64,000 nucleotides of DNA from an uncultured Acidobacteriota bacterium (lineage in GTDB: Bacteria > Acidobacteriota > UBA6911 > RPQK01 > JAPXNP01): NCBI GenBank assembly GCA_963777605.1, contig CAVZRV010000031.1, positions 352,001-416,000 on the forward strand. Direction: 5' to 3'. A program made the translations under genes and the position numbers. A model generated the notes under the pieces. The model saw only the letters and a list, made by a program, of their open reading frames with translations, made no database searches and had not been told where the DNA came from. Position 1 is the stretch's first letter. Each line of letters opens with the position of its first letter. Positions 57,666 through 64,000 of the stretch are shown in pieces.

Positions 57666-59161
57666 AGTGGCTCGCAGGAATCGGACTTGCGCTGGCAATA
57701 TCGATCGGGCCGGGATTCGGCCAGGCCGCAAAACGCGAACCGATTCGGGTCCTGATCGTCACCGGGGAGGCTGATCTCCCCTATCACGTCTGGCAGGAGA
57801 CGACGGCTTCCATGCGGAGAATCCTGGACGCGTCGGGCCGTTTCGATGTCCGAACCAACGAGGAACCACGAGGGATCACCGCCGCAGCCCTCAAGGGGTA
57901 TCAGGTCCTCGTCCTGAACTACAACGGGCCCCGCTGGCCGAAAGAGGCCGAAGACGCCGTGGAACGGTTCATCCACAACGGCGGGGGCTTCGTGGCCGTT
58001 CACCAGGCCAGCTACGGCGCCTTCTTTGGGCAGGAGATGCGGGACGGTCACTGGCAGGCCGGCCCTGAAGGATCAGGCTGGGCCGCGTTTCCTGAAATCA
58101 TCGGAGCGCGTTGGGCCCCGGAAGACATCGGACACGCCCGGCGCACCGTCTTCCAGGTTGACTGGAAAGATTCCAATCAGGCGCTCTGCGCTGGCCTGCC
58201 GCCGTCTTTCATGGCCAACGACGAGCTCTATCACAAGATGCAACTCGGCCCCCGGGCACAGGTCCTCGCGGACGCAATGAGTCCAGCGGACCTGGGCGGA
58301 ACCGGCAGGAGAGAGCCGCTGGTCTGGGCCAACCAGTTTGGAAAAGGGAGGGTCGTCTTTACGCCCCTTGGCCACGATGCTCTTGCCTGGTACGAACCCG
58401 GAATGGCCAACCTGCTCACCCGAAGTGTGGAATGGGCGGCAACAGGTACCGGAACGGTTTCGCCCGTCTCGCGGGAGCATCGAGCCGGTGACCCGTCTCC
58501 GATTCGACTTCTGGTAGTGACCGGAGGCCACACTTACCCGGTTGCGTTTTACGCGATGATCGAGAGCCTGCCCGGGGTCGTTTGGACGCACGCCACCAGC
58601 CAGCAGGAGGCCTTTGCGAGCTCGATCGAAGACCGCTTCGATGCCGTCCTCCTTCACGACATGTACGAGGTCACCACAGAGCAGACCCGGGAACACCTGA
58701 AATCCTTCATCGAGTCGGGAAAGGGCGTGCTGTCCCTCCATCACTCTATTGTCGACTACACCGACTGGCCCTGGTGGTACCAGGAGGTCACCGGCGGGAA
58801 GTACTTCGTCAACGCTGACGGACGACACACTGCAAGCAGCTATCGGGAAGGCCTCGATTTCCAGGTGACTCCGATCCCGGGCAAGGGAGACCACCCGGTC
58901 CTTCGCGGTGTCGGGCCCCTCTGGGTTAACGACGAACTTTACAAGGGGATGGAACACTCCGCCGCCATCGAAGTGTTGATGGAAACGACTCACCCGGATA
59001 ATGATCGGCCGGTAGTTTATGTTGGTCCCTGTCAAACGGCCCGCGTCGTCTACGTCCAACTGGGCCACTCCGCGGACACGATGAACAATCCCGGATTTCG
59101 CCGGCTGATTTCCAATGCCGTCCACTGGATCGCCCGCAAACCGGTTTCCGAAGCTCAGTAG
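57662..59161 (+). CDS. Secreted protein with two tandem ThuA-like domains
   Basis: VLIVTGE..HVW, GGGFVAVH, DELYH, GKGRVVFTPLGH; second copy LVVTGGH, GKGVLSLHH, DELY, VVYVQLGH. Confidence 0.9.
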   Translation: MKWLAGIGLALAISIGPGFGQAAKREPIRVLIVTGEADLPYHVWQETTASMRRILDASGRFDVRTNEEPRGITAAALKGYQVLVLNYNGPRWPKEAEDAVERFIHNGGGFVAVHQASYGAFFGQEMRDGHWQAGPEGSGWAAFPEIIGARWAPEDIGHARRTVFQVDWKDSNQALCAGLPPSFMANDELYHKMQLGPRAQVLADAMSPADLGGTGRREPLVWANQFGKGRVVFTPLGHDALAWYEPGMANLLTRSVEWAATGTGTVSPVSREHRAGDPSPIRLLVVTGGHTYPVAFYAMIESLPGVVWTHATSQQEAFASSIEDRFDAVLLHDMYEVTTEQTREHLKSFIESGKGVLSLHHSIVDYTDWPWWYQEVTGGKYFVNADGRHTASSYREGLDFQVTPIPGKGDHPVLRGVGPLWVNDELYKGMEHSAAIEVLMETTHPDNDRPVVYVGPCQTARVVYVQLGHSADTMNNPGFRRLISNAVHWIARKPVSEAQ

Positions 59162-59174
59162 GAAGGAGCGCCAA

Positions 59175-60476
59175 ATGATTGAATCGCTGGATAGAACTCA
59201 AGTGTCAAGAAGGAGTTTTCTAAAAGCTTCCTCGGGCGTGATGACATTGCCCTTCCTCCCGGGAGCTTACGCCGAGGGCAGCGACCTCGTCAGGATCGGG
59301 GTCATCGGCTGCGGCGGCAGAGGGATCGGAGCAGCGATGAATGCCATGACCGCCGACCCGGCGGTCCGAATCGTCGCACTGGCCGACTTGCTGCCGAACC
59401 GTGTCCAGGAGCAGCGGGCGGCCATCCGAGAAAGGTATCCGGAGCAGGTTGACGTCCCCGATGATCGCTGCTTTGCCGGCTTCGCCGGCTACAAGTCAGT
59501 CATCGAGTCTTCGGACGTGGTCATTATCGCCAACGCAGCCAAGTTCCATCCCATGCACCTGATGGCGGCGGTGCAGGCCGGCAGACACGTCTTCGTCGAG
59601 AAGCCCCACGCTGTTGACCCGGCCGGTGCCAAGGCCGCCCGCTCTGCCTGCGAACTGGCCAAAGAGAAAGGGCTCTCGGTGGTGTCGGGGCTGCAGAGCC
59701 GGTTTCACCCCGGCTACCGGGAGACCATGCAGAGAGTACATGACGGAGCCATCGGGGACATTGTCGCGATCCAGGAAACCTGGCTGCGTCCTCCCTACGT
59801 ACTCCGGGAACGGGTCCCCGGAATGAGCGAGATCCTGCACCAGGGCTCCAACCAGTACCACTTCAACTGGCTTTCCGGTGACGACGTTCCCCAGACCCTG
59901 ATCCACAACCTCGACCGCTCGAGTTGGGCTCTCCGCGACGGGTCTCCCATATCAGCCTACGGGATGGGAGGGCGCTCCACTCTCCACGGAGAGATCTACG
60001 GAAACGTCTTCGATCACCACTCGGTCGTCTACCGGTTCCCGGACGGCGTCCGGGTCTACGCGCTGTGCCGGACGATCGACAACTGCTACGAGGAAAACTC
60101 CAGCACGATTCTCGGAACCAAGGGCCAGTGCGACCTGCTGAAGCTACGCATCGAGGGGGAGACCAACTGGCAGCACCCCGGAGTGGGCGAAGACGGGAAC
60201 CCCTATGTCCTGGAACATGTCGCCCTGATCAAGTCGATTCGGGAGAACCGGCCGATCAACAGTGGGAACCACATGGTTCGAAGTACCCTCATCGCCATGA
60301 TGGGCCAGTTCAGCTGTTACACCGGCCAGCAAGTGACCTGGGACGCGATCAGCCGGTCGGACTTCTACTTTTCTCCCCGGCCGGACGAGTGCAATGAGGC
60401 CACGGATCCTCCCGTTGAACCCGGGCCCGACGGGACCTACCCCGTGCCGGTCCCCGGCAAAACGCGGTTGCTTTAA
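59175..60476 (+). CDS. TAT-exported Gfo/Idh/MocA oxidoreductase
   Basis: SRRSFLK, IGCGGRGIGA, HVFVEKP, WLSGD..IHNLD. Confidence 0.95.
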   Translation: MIESLDRTQVSRRSFLKASSGVMTLPFLPGAYAEGSDLVRIGVIGCGGRGIGAAMNAMTADPAVRIVALADLLPNRVQEQRAAIRERYPEQVDVPDDRCFAGFAGYKSVIESSDVVIIANAAKFHPMHLMAAVQAGRHVFVEKPHAVDPAGAKAARSACELAKEKGLSVVSGLQSRFHPGYRETMQRVHDGAIGDIVAIQETWLRPPYVLRERVPGMSEILHQGSNQYHFNWLSGDDVPQTLIHNLDRSSWALRDGSPISAYGMGGRSTLHGEIYGNVFDHHSVVYRFPDGVRVYALCRTIDNCYEENSSTILGTKGQCDLLKLRIEGETNWQHPGVGEDGNPYVLEHVALIKSIRENRPINSGNHMVRSTLIAMMGQFSCYTGQQVTWDAISRSDFYFSPRPDECNEATDPPVEPGPDGTYPVPVPGKTRLL

Positions 60477-60491
60477 CCTGGAACTTCACAA

Positions 60492-61766
60492 TCAGAGAAA
60501 AAACATGGCCAGTACGCCTGTGACAGCTATGGCGAAGGTCGCTGGAACGACCCGTTTCTTGAGTGCCGTCCCGCCGAGGGCTACAACGAAGCCACACTTG
60601 ACGAAGGTGTTCGCCAGCGAGGCCAGCGTGATTGCGTAGACAGCCGTGACCGGATCTCCCCCTGCCTTGGCGAACTTCGCCATCGATAACGTGATGGCAT
60701 CGACATCGGTCAGCCCGGCCAGGATTGACACCAGGTAGAGTCCGCCGGAGGAGAATCTCTGTTCCACAACCTTGACGACAAGCAGGGTTATCGCGAACAG
60801 GAGACCGAACTTCGCCGCCTTGGAGAGACTGAAGGGGTTCTTCAACGGGACGTCGCGAGACGGCCCGGCGGACTGAGCGCGCGAGGATGCTCCCTGCCGG
60901 TAGAAGTAAGCGGCAGCCCCAAGTCCGATCACGCTCATAGCCGCAAATGGCACGGCAATCCTCGAGACCAGAGCAGGGTGCACGACTGCCACTTCCACGA
61001 CCACGCGTACGAACATCACTCCCCACGCGATCATGATGCCGATAGCGAATACATCCCCGGCGTTCGGCTGGGCCGACTCTTTTCCGCCGCGCGCGAACGA
61101 AAGGGTCACCGCCGTCGATGACACCAGCCCGCCGGTCAGTCCGGTCAGGGCCGTTCCCCTGCCGGGACCGAGCCAGCGCGTGGCCAGGTAACCGACGAGG
61201 GAGAGCGATGAAATCAAAATCACCAACAGCCACAGCGAATAGGGGTTCAATGCGCCCCAGGGGTCCAGGGTGTGGTTCGGGAGCAGCGGCAGGACAATGA
61301 AGGTGGCAATCAACAGGCGGAGTCCGGCGTAAATGTCGTCCCGGCCAAGAGCGGAGACGACCCCATGCATCGGCTCTTTGTAGGCCAGCACGGCCGCCGT
61401 GAGGATCCCCAGCACCACGGCCAACTCCGGGTATCCGAGCATCGTCATGCCGCCGAGGAGGCAGACACAAAAGGCTCCCACCTCGGTCGTCAGTCCGATC
61501 GATTCCGGCCTGACCCGTGCATTCACGATGTATCCGGCGATCAGGGCCCCCGCCACGATGGGAAGGGTAGCGATGAAAAGCCAGGGAGTTCCGATTTTGG
61601 CTCCAAGCCACGCCGAAACGGCTCCGGCCATGGCCAGCAGAATGAAGGTCCTGAGCCCGCTGGCACCAACCCGGTCTTCCCCCCGCTTGTGTTTTTCCCG
61701 CTCAGCGCCCACCAGGGCGCCAATCAGCAACGCAATCGCAAAATCCCGGAGGGTACTCAACTCCAT
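60492..61766 (-). CDS. MgtC/SapB-family membrane protein with DUF4010
   Basis: IGALVGAERE, GLRTF, GLTTE, LPLLP..NPYSLW, GGLVSSTAVT, GLTDVDA. Confidence 0.93.
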   Translation of the reverse strand: MELSTLRDFAIALLIGALVGAEREKHKRGEDRVGASGLRTFILLAMAGAVSAWLGAKIGTPWLFIATLPIVAGALIAGYIVNARVRPESIGLTTEVGAFCVCLLGGMTMLGYPELAVVLGILTAAVLAYKEPMHGVVSALGRDDIYAGLRLLIATFIVLPLLPNHTLDPWGALNPYSLWLLVILISSLSLVGYLATRWLGPGRGTALTGLTGGLVSSTAVTLSFARGGKESAQPNAGDVFAIGIMIAWGVMFVRVVVEVAVVHPALVSRIAVPFAAMSVIGLGAAAYFYRQGASSRAQSAGPSRDVPLKNPFSLSKAAKFGLLFAITLLVVKVVEQRFSSGGLYLVSILAGLTDVDAITLSMAKFAKAGGDPVTAVYAITLASLANTFVKCGFVVALGGTALKKRVVPATFAIAVTGVLAMFFL

Positions 61767-61884
61767 CGGTGACTCTCTTCCCGGCCCGGAACGCACTCTC
61801 GCCGGGCCGGGTCATCTTCCATCTCAGGAACAAGATGGCACAGCGGGATACAGGGCGCAATAGCGCCGACTGCAGGATGCTCAG

Positions 61885-62942
61885 TCAGGGAAGCCCGGCG
61901 GGCTGCTGCTGGGTCAGGCAATGGATTGCGCCCAAACCGTAAACCATATCGCCCGCCGGAATGCCGACAACTTCACGACCCGGAAAGAGCTCGCTCAAAA
62001 CGGCGACGGCCTCCTGATCCCGTTCCTGGCTGAACGCCGGGACGAGCACGAGCCCATTCGCAATGTAGAAGTTGGCGTAACTGGCAGGCAGGCGTCCCCA
62101 CTCCGCATCAAGTGGATCGGGCATCGGGAGTTCGACGACCCGAAATAGCCTCCCTCCATCAGAGAAGACGCCGGAGCGTCTCGAAGTTCAATTGGAGAAT
62201 CGGGTGGTTCGGGTCACCCGGATCCGATTCGACGGCACAGACGATGGTCTCCCGGTCCACGAAGCGGGCGATGTCATCGATGTGGCCGTCGGTGTCATCG
62301 CCGATGATCCCCTCCTCGAGCCAGAGAATGCGATCCACTCCAAGGTGATCCCGCAACGCCGTTTTCAATCTGGTCCTGGGAAAGCTCGGGGTTGCGGTTG
62401 GGGTTCAGCAAACACTGCCGGGTAGTCAGGCAAAGGCCTGCACCGTTGACTTCGATCGAACCGCCTTCAAGGACCAGGCCCGGCTGGAACACGGGCAGGC
62501 CGAGCCGGCTCGCCAATTCGTCCGGGACCCGGTCATCCTGCGCGAGATCCTGGTACTTTCCACCCCAGGCGTTGAACCGCCAGTTGTTGTAGGCAACCGG
62601 CATGTCCGAGATGTGCCGATTGACCAGGAAGTTGGGGCCGTAGTCCCGAATCCATCCATCGACGGTAGCGACCACGTGAATTCGGACCGAGTCGATTGCA
62701 GCACCTGCCGCGATCAACCGGGTCCCCACCGCTTCACGGGATTTCTCGTCATTGACCAGCAGGTCAACCCTTTCCCCGCGGCTCAAAAGACGAATCATCT
62801 CCACGTAACTGTCCCGCACCCGCTCCAGCCGCTCGCCGGGCCAGGTAACCGCGTTGGTCGGCCAGGACAGCCAGGTTGACAAGTGATGCGCCCATTCGGG
62901 AGGCATGAAGTAGCCCAGGGCAGCCGGACAATCTCGGGTCAT
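61885..62942 (-). CDS. aguA: Agmatine deiminase family protein; two frameshifts
   Basis: [58 protein letters not shown] across three ORFs (shifts near 62365 and 62150). Confidence 0.9.
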
Positions 62943-62956
62943 GGCGGTCTTTTCTA

Positions 62957-63847
62957 TCACTTCGTGGCCGAACCGCTGGGTTCCAAGAAACGTCTGGAGA
63001 TGCCCGAGTAAGCATCGATTCGCCGGTCGCGAAGAAACGGCCAATCGCGGCGAACCTCTTCTACTCTCCCCAAGTCGCATTCCACGACAAGAATCTCCTC
63101 TTCCTGGCGGGAAGCTCGGGCCACGACCTGGCCGAACGGATCGGAGACGAAGGACTGCCCCCAGAAGGTCAAGTGATCTTCCCTGCCGACCCGGTTAACG
63201 GCAGCGACGAAGACCCCGTTGGCCACAGCATGAGCTCGTTGGGAAACCTCCCAGGCCGAATGCTGAGCACTGTTGGTTTCGGGGGTCTGGCCGTCGAGCC
63301 ACCCGATGGCAGTCGGATAAAAGAGCATGTTGGCGCCGCCGAGAGCAGTGATCCGGGCCGCTTCCGGAAACCACTGATCCCAGCAGACAAGCACGCCGAG
63401 CCTGCCGTGACGGGTTTCGTGGGAGAGGAACCCGAGGTCACCGGGGGTGAAGTAGAACTTCTCGTAGTAGTGAGGATCGTCGGGAATGTGCATTTTCCGG
63501 TACCGGCCAACGAGTTCGCCCTCCTCGTCGATCACCACCGCCGTATTGTGGTAGAGCCCCGGCGCACGCTTCTCGAACAGGGAGGCGACTACAACGACCC
63601 CGAGATCACGACAGTGCCTGCCCAACTGTTCGGTCGAAGGACCCGGAATCGTCTCAGCCAGGTCAAAGCGGTCGACTTCCTCTTCCTGGCAGAAATACTG
63701 ACTGCGGAAAAGCTCCTGAAGACACACCACCTGCGCTCCCTGCCGCGCGGCATCTCGAATTCGGTCGAGCGCCTTCTCGAAGTTCACGGCCGGATCAGGA
63801 GAACAGGACATCTGAATCAGGCCGACATTGACACGAAGTTCTTGCAT
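62957..63847 (-). CDS. aguB: N-carbamoylputrescine amidase-like carbon-nitrogen hydrolase
   Basis: LQELF, YRKMHIPDDP.YYEKFYF, VCWDQWFPEAAR, YPTAIGW; adjacent to agmatine deiminase. Confidence 0.92.
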   Translation of the reverse strand: MQELRVNVGLIQMSCSPDPAVNFEKALDRIRDAARQGAQVVCLQELFRSQYFCQEEEVDRFDLAETIPGPSTEQLGRHCRDLGVVVVASLFEKRAPGLYHNTAVVIDEEGELVGRYRKMHIPDDPHYYEKFYFTPGDLGFLSHETRHGRLGVLVCWDQWFPEAARITALGGANMLFYPTAIGWLDGQTPETNSAQHSAWEVSQRAHAVANGVFVAAVNRVGREDHLTFWGQSFVSDPFGQVVARASRQEEEILVVECDLGRVEEVRRDWPFLRDRRIDAYSGISRRFLEPSGSATK

Positions 63848-64000
63848 CTTGATCACACAGGTTTGAACCGGAGACTAAACATGATAACACGCAAAGCGGG
63901 CCGCCGACCGCCGCAGAACTCGGGTAGCCTGGCGTTTGGAAACCGGTCATAATGCCCGTACCCGGCAGTCCCAGAAAGGAAACTCAGCTCGATGTTCTCT

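Noticed and set aside
61885-62942. Programmed frameshifting in agmatine deiminase as polyamine sensing
   Set aside because: Similar shifts occur in many unrelated genes in this window, so sequencing indels are the simpler explanation.
1-64000. tRNA, rRNA, riboswitch, prophage or defence genes
   Set aside because: None recognised by eye; covariance-model searches were not possible.

Overview
GC-rich (roughly 60% by eye) bacterial chromosomal window. Gene content suggests Acidobacteriota or a similar heterotroph (SBBP, TPR, OmpA and CHRD proteins, sulfatases, TAT-exported Gfo/Idh/MocA enzymes); this is an inference. Main contents: a combined caa3 oxidase + Rieske/cytochrome b-c respiratory operon (2.0-8.6 kb), glycan, sulfate and peptide catabolism enzymes, a divergent-type membrane pyrophosphatase, and an agmatine deiminase / N-carbamoylputrescine amidase pair. 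Mobile DNA comprises a truncated IS1380, an IS6 end remnant and a REP-associated HUH (RAYT/TnpA-REP-like) transposase. About ten genes are split by 1-bp frameshifts, most likely long-read indel errors. The most unusual signal is non-coding: several families of dispersed palindromic repeats. These are a TGGGGACGGACCC motif tandemly repeated next to the RAYT gene and recurring 13 kb either side, two nested four-palindrome elements with TTCG heptamer cores bracketing one gene, a ~300-bp element in two inverted copies whose differences largely preserve its stems, and GTAG-type REPs. I found no rRNA, tRNA or CRISPR array.
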